Positions 9,761 to 18,327 of a DNA stretch of 64,000 bases are shown here, piece after piece. Source of the stretch: a virus (Duplodnaviria > Caudoviricetes); IMG/VR virus record IMGVR_UViG_3300028591_000073, positions 96,001-160,000 of that record; one strand, given 5' to 3'. The notes below the pieces were generated by a model. That model was not told the origin of the DNA, made no database searches, and saw only the letters and a program-made list of their open reading frames with translations. Positions within the stretch are counted from its first letter, which is position 1. Each line of letters starts with the position of its first letter. The position numbers and the translations under genes are program-made.

Positions 9761-9864
9761 AATACATCCAAAGAGGAAGTGATTCCCATGATCCATTAAT
9801 TTCACATCTGCCGAACGCGGAATGTCGTGATGACATACCTACATGAGGAAAGGAGGTGAATGAG

Positions 9865-10503
9865 ATGAGATATTTGGATGAAATTTGGACATATATCCTC
9901 AGTAATTCATTTGGTAATATTACCAAAGAAACATATGTGTCCGAATTTGGAGATATTACCATTACCGAAAAGGATGACGTAATTGTTATCAAAATTGGTG
10001 ATGAACATACTATCTCCATGGATGTTTCGGGTCTGAAATACAGTAACCCGAAATTTCAATATCCGCATCGTCTTGACCATGTTAAGACGATGCTAACGTA
10101 TAAAATTCTCGAAAGAGTAATCGATGTGCTTAGAAAACGGGAAGTCAGATTTTTAGGTAATATTCTCGAAGACATCGGTTACTATAATTTCGAGGAAGTT
10201 GAAGAAGAAGAACTCGATATTATTATGGATTGCGCTCTAATTGAGTCGGGATTTATGGATGATGACGAGTTACAGGATGTCTTAAATGACAACTGGGAAT
10301 TTGAAAATAAAATAAAGTTAATAAAAGTTGTCTATCATGCAGGCAAACTGGACTGTTTAAAAGCATATTTCAAAGGATTGCATAACAATCAGGAAATTCT
10401 TGATATTGTTATGAAGTTTAATGAAATGAGAGAATATGATATCCAATTGTTTATCAATGATATCATGAAAAACAAACCCTTTGAAAGGGATTGGGAATTA
10501 TAA
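9865..10503 (+). CDS. Hypothetical cassette protein, paralog of 28223..28921
   Basis: C-terminus FNEMREYDIQLFINDIM...DWEL resembles FNEAGKYECQLFVTEIL...RWEL. Confidence 0.75.
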   Translation: MRYLDEIWTYILSNSFGNITKETYVSEFGDITITEKDDVIVIKIGDEHTISMDVSGLKYSNPKFQYPHRLDHVKTMLTYKILERVIDVLRKREVRFLGNILEDIGYYNFEEVEEEELDIIMDCALIESGFMDDDELQDVLNDNWEFENKIKLIKVVYHAGKLDCLKAYFKGLHNNQEILDIVMKFNEMREYDIQLFINDIMKNKPFERDWEL

Positions 10504-10508
10504 TTTAT

Positions 10509-10545
10509 AAAAAGACGCTGTTCCACTCCAGCGTCTTTTTTCTTG
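10509..10545 (+). terminator. Intrinsic terminator with TTCCACTC loop
   Basis: AAAAAGACGCTG-TTCCACTC-CAGCGTCTTTTTTCTTG. Confidence 0.8.
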
Positions 10546-10604
10546 CAAAATATAAATTATACATGGACCCCCCCCCATGTGGGGGTCCATAATTACATCA
10601 TTTA

Positions 10605-12044
10605 TTACATTTCTTCCAAGAGTCCAGAATACTGATGATCATCAAAATCAATTGTCACTTTGATTTGTTTTTTCTCGTCAGTTTTCTGTACTACTGGTTC
10701 AATTGTGGTATTATCATTCTGATTCAGTAATGCATTAACTGCTTTCTGTACAGCGGCATAGTCATAACCAGCTTCTGTCAAACGTTTTTTTCTTTCGTCT
10801 CCGTTACCCCATTGAGCAGACAATACTTCTTTTGCAATTTCTTCCACGGATTTTGTGGGAGTTGATTGAGATGTTGGTGTACTACCTTTCGGGAATCCAT
10901 TTAATCCAGCAGCTTTGATAATACTTGGGAAATTCTTATAGCAGTAATCCATATCAACATTTCCAGTGATTCCATTAACATGACCAGTATCACCATACTG
11001 CCACATATCAACAGTTCCTGAATAATTCAGCTTACTATTGTATTCAGCCAGCCATAGCGTATACTTGTCTTTGATATCAGATTCCATGTATGTGGTAAAT
11101 GGACTTCTGCTCATGTACAACCCAGCATAATATCCAGCTTCTTCCAGTACTCCACAAAATGCGCGAACCATTGCGGAACAATTGGATTTTCCTGTATTGA
11201 ATGCACTCTTTTCTTCAAGATCAAAGTATACCGGATATTCAAACTGTTTACCTTTAATCACATTGAGGAATACTTGTGCTTCTTGTTTTACTTCAGATAC
11301 AGATGTCGCATAAGAATACCAATATGTGCCAACTGGAATACCATACTTCTTACATCCAGCATAATATTCTTCAAACTTCACATCCTTCTGAGATGCAAGT
11401 TTGCCATAACCGGCACGGATGATTGCATAATCTACATTCTTGGATAATGTTGCAAAATCAACTGTTCCATTGTGCTTGGATAAATCCACACCTTTTAATT
11501 GTGTACTCATGGTTGTTTCTCCTTTCTTAGTTTCTGTTGTTGTAGGTGGTTTATATTTTTCTCCATATACTTCTTCTTTGGTTAATCCGTAATACTTGTA
11601 GAAATCATCAGTTAATGTGTGATAGTTAATGATTTCATTTCCCATGTAAATATTGGAAGTACGAACATCCAAATGAATCCAAGTATATGCAGAATTAATG
11701 TTTGCAATTCCACCAAATCCAAGATCTTGGGCAACGCAAGACACAATCTTAGTGGAGATTGCTTTGTTGTTCTGGTCATAACAATATACATCAGCGGCTT
11801 TTCCAAGAATGTGTTGACCCACACCGGAATTACCAATCTTCTTATCGTACTCAGAACAACGATGTCCAGATGATACAATGATTTTGGAGCAATCAAGTGT
11901 GTCAAACAAACGTTCCAACTGATATACCAATTCTTGTGATATCAGAATATCATGTGTCTTTCCACACTTACAACGAAACTCTTGTACATTGAAATGTTTG
12001 GACAATTGTGTTTTGTCATTGTATGCATATGAAATGACTGCCAT
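10605..12044 (-). CDS. Endolysin: peptidase M15 + GH25 muramidase + CW_7 cell-wall-binding domain
   Basis: HFNVQEFRCKCG..SSGHRC..GQHILGKAAD..WIHLDVR (M15); KGVDLSKHNG..IIRAGYG..YFDLEE..WQY..NVDMD (GH25); EEIAKEVLSAQWGNGDERKKRLTEAGYDYAAVQ (CW_7). Confidence 0.9.
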   Translation of the reverse strand: MAVISYAYNDKTQLSKHFNVQEFRCKCGKTHDILISQELVYQLERLFDTLDCSKIIVSSGHRCSEYDKKIGNSGVGQHILGKAADVYCYDQNNKAISTKIVSCVAQDLGFGGIANINSAYTWIHLDVRTSNIYMGNEIINYHTLTDDFYKYYGLTKEEVYGEKYKPPTTTETKKGETTMSTQLKGVDLSKHNGTVDFATLSKNVDYAIIRAGYGKLASQKDVKFEEYYAGCKKYGIPVGTYWYSYATSVSEVKQEAQVFLNVIKGKQFEYPVYFDLEEKSAFNTGKSNCSAMVRAFCGVLEEAGYYAGLYMSRSPFTTYMESDIKDKYTLWLAEYNSKLNYSGTVDMWQYGDTGHVNGITGNVDMDYCYKNFPSIIKAAGLNGFPKGSTPTSQSTPTKSVEEIAKEVLSAQWGNGDERKKRLTEAGYDYAAVQKAVNALLNQNDNTTIEPVVQKTDEKKQIKVTIDFDDHQYSGLLEEM

Positions 12045-12077
12045 AACTTTTCTTCTCTCCTTTCTAAAAAGAAATGT

Positions 12078-12091
12078 TTACTTTTTTGTGA
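12078..12091 (-). promoter_or_regulatory. Putative late promoter (CACA-N6-TA)
   Basis: TCACAAAAAAGTAA upstream of the endolysin RBS; same spacing upstream of other structural genes. Confidence 0.5.
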
Positions 12092-12196
12092 ATCAAGTAG
12101 TAAATAGATGCTGGAATACTACAAAATTGAAAATTAATATGAATGAATAGAGCCCCCATATGGGGGCTCTATCATATACATAGTTCATTTCATAAA

Positions 12197-12622
12197 TTAG
12201 CCAATCTTATAATACTTACCACCATATGTAAGAATGACATTGTTTCCACCATCGATGAAGATGTCACCATCCACAGGCTTGTATTCGGTTTCTGTTGCAT
12301 CATCGCCTTCGCCTTCAACGATTGTGACGGGATCTTCACCAATGTCTCCGGCAGTCAGTGTTTCACTGATTTTACCACGAACAGATGTCTGTGCAGATTG
12401 TGCAGATCTTTCAGCAAGGAATTTATCCAAACCTTTTTCGGTAATCAATGTATTTGTTGTTGCATCAAATACTCTGAGCTCTTTATGAGCAAGGAGATGT
12501 TTCAAACCATCCAGATCAGTTTCATACCCCTCATAAGGAGTTGCTAGATTCTGTTCATGATCAAAGATAAAATCTCTCTTTTTGTCTGTGTCGTAAATGT
12601 TTAATGTAATCTTCATTATCAT
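12197..12622 (-). CDS. Probable virion accessory protein
   Basis: N-terminal region resembles that of 21103..22260; lies in the tail module. Confidence 0.6.
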   Translation of the reverse strand: MIMKITLNIYDTDKKRDFIFDHEQNLATPYEGYETDLDGLKHLLAHKELRVFDATTNTLITEKGLDKFLAERSAQSAQTSVRGKISETLTAGDIGEDPVTIVEGEGDDATETEYKPVDGDIFIDGGNNVILTYGGKYYKIG

Positions 12623-12645
12623 CGTATCCTTTCTTATTTTTAAAA

Positions 12646-13218
12646 TTACCGATAAACATCGGTGCCAAACTTAACATTCGGCTGTTCTTTGAAGATTTCT
12701 CTGGCAATGTCTTCTGCAAGACCATTGAAGTTGCCATAGTAGTCACCAAGGTCATCATTGAAGAACTGGATCACCTCAGGTGCAAACAATACAAATGTTG
12801 TACCACCAATAATCGGATTGGCAGAAACCTGAATGTCGGAAAGAACCTCATTTCCAGTGAATGCAGTCTTGTAATCCATGTCTGTGATAGCTTCCATATT
12901 TTCCTGATATTCGAAGTTGACGAATAGCTTGATATTACCAAATACATATTCGCTCTTCAGAATCTTTTCGATTGCTTTCAGCTTTGCTGTATTACGAGAA
13001 CCGATGGAGAATGCATAATTATGGGCTCCGATCAACTGCTGGCAATCGGTGATTTCAAGTTCTTCATCTGTTTCAAAGAGAGCCTTAATCTTCTTATAAG
13101 TTTCAATCCACGGAGAAGAGATTCCGACTTTCTTGTTAGAAGAAGTAACTACAGCAGTTGCAACCTTTGCATCAGTTGCCGGGGTTTCTGTAACTGTTGT
13201 TTTTGTTGTGTTTTCCAT
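12646..13218 (-). CDS. Hypothetical phage protein
   Basis: 190-aa ORF with RBS GAAAGGCGG; C-terminal VIQFFNDDLGDYYGNFNGLAEDIAREIF. Confidence 0.75.
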   Translation of the reverse strand: MENTTKTTVTETPATDAKVATAVVTSSNKKVGISSPWIETYKKIKALFETDEELEITDCQQLIGAHNYAFSIGSRNTAKLKAIEKILKSEYVFGNIKLFVNFEYQENMEAITDMDYKTAFTGNEVLSDIQVSANPIIGGTTFVLFAPEVIQFFNDDLGDYYGNFNGLAEDIAREIFKEQPNVKFGTDVYR

Positions 13219-13243
13219 AATGAAAACCGCCTTTCATATAAAT

Positions 13244-13256
13244 TTATGGAATTGTT
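13244..13256 (-). promoter_or_regulatory. Putative late promoter (AACA-N6-TA)
   Basis: AACAATTCCATAA upstream of the 13218 start. Confidence 0.5.
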
Positions 13257-13270
13257 TATTTTCATATATT

Positions 13271-14020
13271 TCATGTTGCTGAAATCCATGTTTGTGTCCA
13301 TTCATATTCATAACTGATATTTGCTCCAGAATAGTAGTAATCCAAATTTCCACCGGTTGTGACTCTCATCAATACTGGTGTTTCAACGATTTGTTGACCA
13401 CAATACACAGTTGATATTGGTCGATATGCAGATGGAATGACACCGGAAGAGCCATAATTCACCCATTGACCTGTAGTAAAGTTGCTGGCTAAACTATCTC
13501 CAACAATCTGGAATGATGCTTGTACAATTCTTCCACATTTATAAAGACGGATGCCACCACCGGGAACAGCAACTGTCGTGCTTGTGACAGTTTGTAAATT
13601 TGCAACATCATTTTGTAATGTCGTAACATCTGTTGCTGTATGCACTTGAAATGCTTTCCACTTAACAAGCAATGTATTTTGAGGAATAGTTCCATTGGAT
13701 GAGACACTGATATTGAGATCAAATCCAGTGGTTCGTTTTTCACCAACATATATCATTACATTATTCCAATAGGAACCTGTCAATTGATAATCCACCATAT
13801 AATTTGTATCCGACATTGGAGTACTGAATGTGACGGGTTCACTCTCCCATGGATTAGTATCAGTTGGTGTGAGTGGTGGGATTACACATGTTCCGGCACG
13901 CACATCTGTTGTTCCTATTACAAGTTCACCAGATTGTCCATTTAGTCCAGATACTGGTAATAATACACCGGCATTATTATTATAAAATAAACTCATATGT
14001 TTGTTCCACCTACCTTTCAT
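13271..14020 (-). CDS. Tail fibre/receptor-binding-type protein
   Basis: Beta-rich VTFSTPMSDTNYMV..KRTTGF segment, short coiled coil, C-terminal LYKCGRIVQ..IPSAYRP fibre-tip pattern. Confidence 0.65.
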   Translation of the reverse strand: MKGRWNKHMSLFYNNNAGVLLPVSGLNGQSGELVIGTTDVRAGTCVIPPLTPTDTNPWESEPVTFSTPMSDTNYMVDYQLTGSYWNNVMIYVGEKRTTGFDLNISVSSNGTIPQNTLLVKWKAFQVHTATDVTTLQNDVANLQTVTSTTVAVPGGGIRLYKCGRIVQASFQIVGDSLASNFTTGQWVNYGSSGVIPSAYRPISTVYCGQQIVETPVLMRVTTGGNLDYYYSGANISYEYEWTQTWISAT

Positions 14021-14529
14021 TCATTTGTCATATAAGTTCCTTGTACAACATAGGGTGTTGTTGAACTTGCGATTGTGAGTGTTGTTAATAGGGGAAGTGC
14101 TCCAACTGTATTCTCCGCAAGATAACATGATGAAACAGGAGCACTATTGTAGGGATTCGTTGTAATAGGGAAACGATACTGATATCCAATTTGTCCTGTA
14201 TTTTGAATGATCTGAGGCATTCCAGATTTAATAATTCTGGAATAGGGGTCTTTATTCGCAGAAGAATAGAAATAGATTGCAAAATGACAAATGTGATTGT
14301 GCACGAAACAGAACGAATTATTTTCAATCGTAATATTATCTCCTGCAACTAATTGTGATGTATAGTTCTTAAACTGATTATCTGTCCAATCATCCGTAAA
14401 ACATACAAGACAATTCTTTGGTTTATTTTCATCATCTAAAGCTTCCCATGCATCTTTTGTACCAACCCATGTTCGTTGTGTAGAATCCAATGGGTTCAAT
14501 GCACCATTTTGATATGCGTATATTGCCAT
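14017..14529 (-). CDS. Tail fibre-associated protein
   Basis: WVGTKDAWEAL motif shared with the neighbouring gene; tail context. Confidence 0.6.
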   Translation of the reverse strand: MAIYAYQNGALNPLDSTQRTWVGTKDAWEALDDENKPKNCLVCFTDDWTDNQFKNYTSQLVAGDNITIENNSFCFVHNHICHFAIYFYSSANKDPYSRIIKSGMPQIIQNTGQIGYQYRFPITTNPYNSAPVSSCYLAENTVGALPLLTTLTIASSTTPYVVQGTYMTNE

Positions 14530-14549
14530 ATGATATCACACTCCTATTA

Positions 14550-15671
14550 TTATCTAACGTACAACTCTACAGGACCATCAAGAACATACTCGGTTTCCGC
14601 CACAATAGCTGGAGTTCTAACGGTGATTGAAACTGTTGCATTGTTTTGTATAAGATATACTGAGTATGGTTGATTAGAATTCATATCCACAAGTACATTA
14701 CCACAAGTTCCAATTAATGTTTTTCCACCGATCAATGATGATGGGAATGTTGCAACTTGTGCATATCCACCGGAATAGTTTGCAGTGAATCTTAATGCTT
14801 CAAAATATATTTGATAATGATATTCCGAAAGTTTACGAAGTTTGACAGAAGAGGTCGATAAATATGTTGCAACTGATCCACTTGTAATGCTTGATTTAAT
14901 ATTTATTTGCGCAGCTGGTTGTGCATTAATTGCTTCATATACTGCATTACCAGATACAGGGTTCTCAGAACCTTGTACGACTTCAGAATCCATCACAAAT
15001 CCAGCTTGTGCTTCGTCCGTAAATGCAACAATCATTCCAGAATATTCCGCTTTTTTAGGAGCAGACAATGCCATCCATTCTGCACGAGTTCCGATCCAAT
15101 AATCCAAATCTGTATTAGATTCTGAATCACCAGATGATGAAGAATTCGGATGTAATTTATATTTAATGATGTAATTAACACCCATCTGTTTACCGTGAGT
15201 AGTTGTGCCTGCACGACCTACTGAAATGTGACCTACCTCGCTACCATATTCTCCAGAGTTCGAAGAAGGTGTCCATGGTCCAGTCCCACCTGTACCTGCA
15301 TATGATGAACCATCTGTATCATCTGAAAAACGATAGTGTCTGTGCTGTTGCAACTGGTCATCTTTAAATTGACCAAGTGTGTAAGTGTCGTGTGTTGCAA
15401 CACCGCTGGCTCTTGTACCTACACCAACAAGAACAGTTTCTCTCAAATCCGGAACATTGAAATGTGTATCGTCAACTTGACCATATGTTGTACCAATCGC
15501 AGTATACAACTCAGGATATTTTGAGATTTCATAACTTGTACCGTCACACAATAGATATGTGTCTGGTACGGTTGAACCAGCAAATGCCATGATTGTTCCA
15601 ATTGGAGCAGTCGAGTACATTGTGATATCACCAGTTCCATAATATTGACCTTTTCTAATAATCACTGCCAT
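14550..15671 (-). CDS. Tail collar domain fibre protein
   Basis: PIGTIMAFAGSTVPDTYLLCDG..KYPELYTAIGTTYG..FNVPDLR..VNYIIKY. Confidence 0.85.
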   Translation of the reverse strand: MAVIIRKGQYYGTGDITMYSTAPIGTIMAFAGSTVPDTYLLCDGTSYEISKYPELYTAIGTTYGQVDDTHFNVPDLRETVLVGVGTRASGVATHDTYTLGQFKDDQLQQHRHYRFSDDTDGSSYAGTGGTGPWTPSSNSGEYGSEVGHISVGRAGTTTHGKQMGVNYIIKYKLHPNSSSSGDSESNTDLDYWIGTRAEWMALSAPKKAEYSGMIVAFTDEAQAGFVMDSEVVQGSENPVSGNAVYEAINAQPAAQINIKSSITSGSVATYLSTSSVKLRKLSEYHYQIYFEALRFTANYSGGYAQVATFPSSLIGGKTLIGTCGNVLVDMNSNQPYSVYLIQNNATVSITVRTPAIVAETEYVLDGPVELYVR

Positions 15672-15689
15672 ATTGATTCACAACCTTTC

Positions 15690-17141
15690 TTATTCGATTC
15701 CCCAACATGCGTAGTGATTTAGAAACCAGCGATAAACACCACTCGATGCTGAATTATCCGATGTAATTTTAATGGTATCACCTTTATTCACGAATATTGT
15801 CGGTGTCCATGAAAATGAGATTTGCTCCAATTCTGTCTCACCATCACTCGTTGTTGCCCATACAGGAAAACTTGTCGTAAGCTGATTATTAATATAAATG
15901 AATACAGTGTTACCTTGTCCTTGTTTCATTAATGAAAATTGATAAGCTCCGGTAACTCGTGCGGTATGCGTCCATGCAGTACTTGTATCAAGAAACATGC
16001 GAATACCCGCTCCGACAACACGTTTGGTTGGATTGAATAATGCATTCAGTGGTGCTAACGCATTATAAATTCCTCCGCTTGTTACATACTTAGCAGAATC
16101 TAGCACGGGAGATGTGTCGGTGTGATTTGTTTGTAACTCTCCAATTGCTGCTTCCACCATATCCACATCATCAAATGGTGAGTCTTTATCTTTCACAAAC
16201 CATGTGATGTCAGATTCTTTCTGTTCATCTGATAAAGTGGCATATAATTGATTTGTGATTTCAACATGCATTGGAACAACTGTACTTTCTTCAAAGGTAT
16301 GATCCTCTGTTATCTTATACACCTTTCCATCATTGCAACTATAACAATATTGTCCAACACTGAAATCCAATGGTGCTTCAGATGTATCTGCGATTGCAAT
16401 ACAATCTACGACACTATCCGCATTACTTGCTTCCATCACAGGAATGGCAACCCAAGAATATTGAATTGGTGATACCGACATATCTGCAATACATTGATAG
16501 AAATATCCATTTGTGTAATCATCAGTGGTATTACCGATGTATTGGTATATCACACCAACATTTGATGATGATGCAGTTGGTAAAGTTGCTACTTGGATAA
16601 TATTGTTTTCGATATCAGAATACCTCGCAAGTTCAATAGCTTCATCATTCTCATCATCACCAAGGTAAACATGATCAGAGACTCGATATAGCTTATCTTT
16701 AATATCAGTATCTTCTGGAAGGTTTTCCACATCCTTCAGAAAAGAATCAACAAATAATCCATCTTCCAATTGTTGGATTTGATTCTCTTCTTCTGTTGAG
16801 ATTGTTAATGTACCACTCTGGACTTCCTTTTCTACCCATCCATATGCAGTACCACCACTGCCATCATCTATAATGGCACACTGGTAAAAGTATCCATTCA
16901 CATAATCATCGGTAGTATCACCGGTGTATTGATAAACGGTGCCAAACAATTCTTCGGTTGCTGTTGGTAATTCATTCATTTGAATGGTTTGGACTTCTGA
17001 ATTCAAATTAGCCCATTTTTCTTCCAATGAATCACCATCATTGAACCAAACATCGGATGCAATTGCAACGGGGAATGTACCCTTCGATGTGGTATTGGCA
17101 GAGTTATTTGGTCTTGCCGTATCGGCAAACTTAATAGCCAT
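15690..17141 (-). CDS. Tail fibre-like structural protein with an internal duplication
   Basis: Two copies of IQ..LPTA....G..YQY.G.TTDDY.NGYFYQC. Confidence 0.7.
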   Translation of the reverse strand: MAIKFADTARPNNSANTTSKGTFPVAIASDVWFNDGDSLEEKWANLNSEVQTIQMNELPTATEELFGTVYQYTGDTTDDYVNGYFYQCAIIDDGSGGTAYGWVEKEVQSGTLTISTEEENQIQQLEDGLFVDSFLKDVENLPEDTDIKDKLYRVSDHVYLGDDENDEAIELARYSDIENNIIQVATLPTASSSNVGVIYQYIGNTTDDYTNGYFYQCIADMSVSPIQYSWVAIPVMEASNADSVVDCIAIADTSEAPLDFSVGQYCYSCNDGKVYKITEDHTFEESTVVPMHVEITNQLYATLSDEQKESDITWFVKDKDSPFDDVDMVEAAIGELQTNHTDTSPVLDSAKYVTSGGIYNALAPLNALFNPTKRVVGAGIRMFLDTSTAWTHTARVTGAYQFSLMKQGQGNTVFIYINNQLTTSFPVWATTSDGETELEQISFSWTPTIFVNKGDTIKITSDNSASSGVYRWFLNHYACWGIE

Positions 17142-17173
17142 ATTATAGCATCTCCTTTCTTAAATTAAAAAAG

Positions 17174-17187
17174 TTACAAATTTGTGA
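17174..17187 (-). promoter_or_regulatory. Putative late promoter (CACA-N6-TA)
   Basis: TCACAAATTTGTAA upstream of RBS AAAGGAGATG. Confidence 0.5.
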
Positions 17188-17208
17188 CCGACTATTTCGC
17201 TCCTCGAA

Positions 17209-17240
17209 ATATATATAATTAATATGATATAGAAATATAT
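17209..17240 (+). promoter_or_regulatory. Putative phage early promoter, copy 2
   Basis: ATATATATAATTAATATGATATAGAAATATAT. Confidence 0.7.
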
Positions 17241-17267
17241 TAATTCATATAGAAAGGAGTGATTAGT

Positions 17268-17798
17268 ATGGCAACAATAGCTGAAGGTTTGATTCACTTT
17301 GGTTCAACACCGTACGTATTTCCCGATAATATTGACAATCGTATTCCCATGCTCTGTCGTATTAAAGGGATTGATGTATTTGAGGTTCCCGACCTATTCA
17401 AAGTTAATCCAACCAGACATATTGCATTTCTGATGTTTCTCCGGGAACGACTAAATGGTGCTGGAATGTTTGGCGAAGACCCTGGAACACTCATGATTCA
17501 AAGCTTCCATTTCAACGGTAGACCCATCGAAGAATTAGAATTTGCTATCTGGCATGAGTTCGGGCATCTTATGAATGATGACCACGATAGTGAATCTGAC
17601 GCAGACGACTTCGCAATTAAACAGCTGGCGCAAGTCTACGGCGAAGTAAAGGCGGATGTGACATATCGAAACTGGTTATTCAACGAATACCATGTCGATA
17701 CCGCCACCGACAGTCATGATGAGATGAAAGATAAAGACAAACCGAAATACGGATTCCGGTTAGACAGAATCAGATCTTATCTTGTAAACAATCACTAA
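17268..17798 (+). CDS. HExxH zinc metallopeptidase (ImmA/IrrE-like)
   Basis: FAIWHEFGHLMN...ESDADDFA. Confidence 0.7.
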   Translation: MATIAEGLIHFGSTPYVFPDNIDNRIPMLCRIKGIDVFEVPDLFKVNPTRHIAFLMFLRERLNGAGMFGEDPGTLMIQSFHFNGRPIEELEFAIWHEFGHLMNDDHDSESDADDFAIKQLAQVYGEVKADVTYRNWLFNEYHVDTATDSHDEMKDKDKPKYGFRLDRIRSYLVNNH

Positions 17799-17807
17799 CC
17801 AAATGAA

Positions 17808-17843
17808 AAAAAGACATCGTTCCACTCCGATGTCTTTTTCTTG
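17808..17843 (+). terminator. Intrinsic terminator with TTCCACTC loop
   Basis: AAAAAGACATCG-TTCCACTC-CGATGTCTTTTTCTTG. Confidence 0.8.
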
Positions 17844-17861
17844 TATTAAGGAGGTATTTTT

Positions 17862-18290
17862 ATGGAAGTTTTCCCAAACAAAGAACGAACTCAATTTGTC
17901 ACACTTGCTGTTAATCAAATCATAAACGCATTTTTGTTCGAAAAAAGAGATGAAGAACAACCTGATGAGGCAACAATCTACTTCGCTCAAGAATATCGAG
18001 AAAATGTTGATATAATTTTTGAATTGGATATGATCAAAGGGTATATCTTCAAGATTCATTATAATGATTCATCGATAGATGCGACGTATGTCGAAAACGG
18101 AGAAGAACAGAAAACAATTCACCTTAAATTGGAATCCACTCTCAGTCATAGTTTCAACGATATAGAATGTAGATTGTTATGTTTCTTTCATGGTCACGTT
18201 GGTCATTTCTTAAAGGGTGATGGTACAAAGTACGAAGGTTACATCTATCCAGAACAAGAAGAATTTGTCAAAGCATTTTCAAAAGAATAA
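17862..18290 (+). CDS. Hypothetical protein
   Basis: RBS AAGGAGG. Confidence 0.75.
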   Translation: MEVFPNKERTQFVTLAVNQIINAFLFEKRDEEQPDEATIYFAQEYRENVDIIFELDMIKGYIFKIHYNDSSIDATYVENGEEQKTIHLKLESTLSHSFNDIECRLLCFFHGHVGHFLKGDGTKYEGYIYPEQEEFVKAFSKE

Positions 18291-18327
18291 TATGATGGGC
18301 CCCCATAATGGGGGCTCATCATATTGC

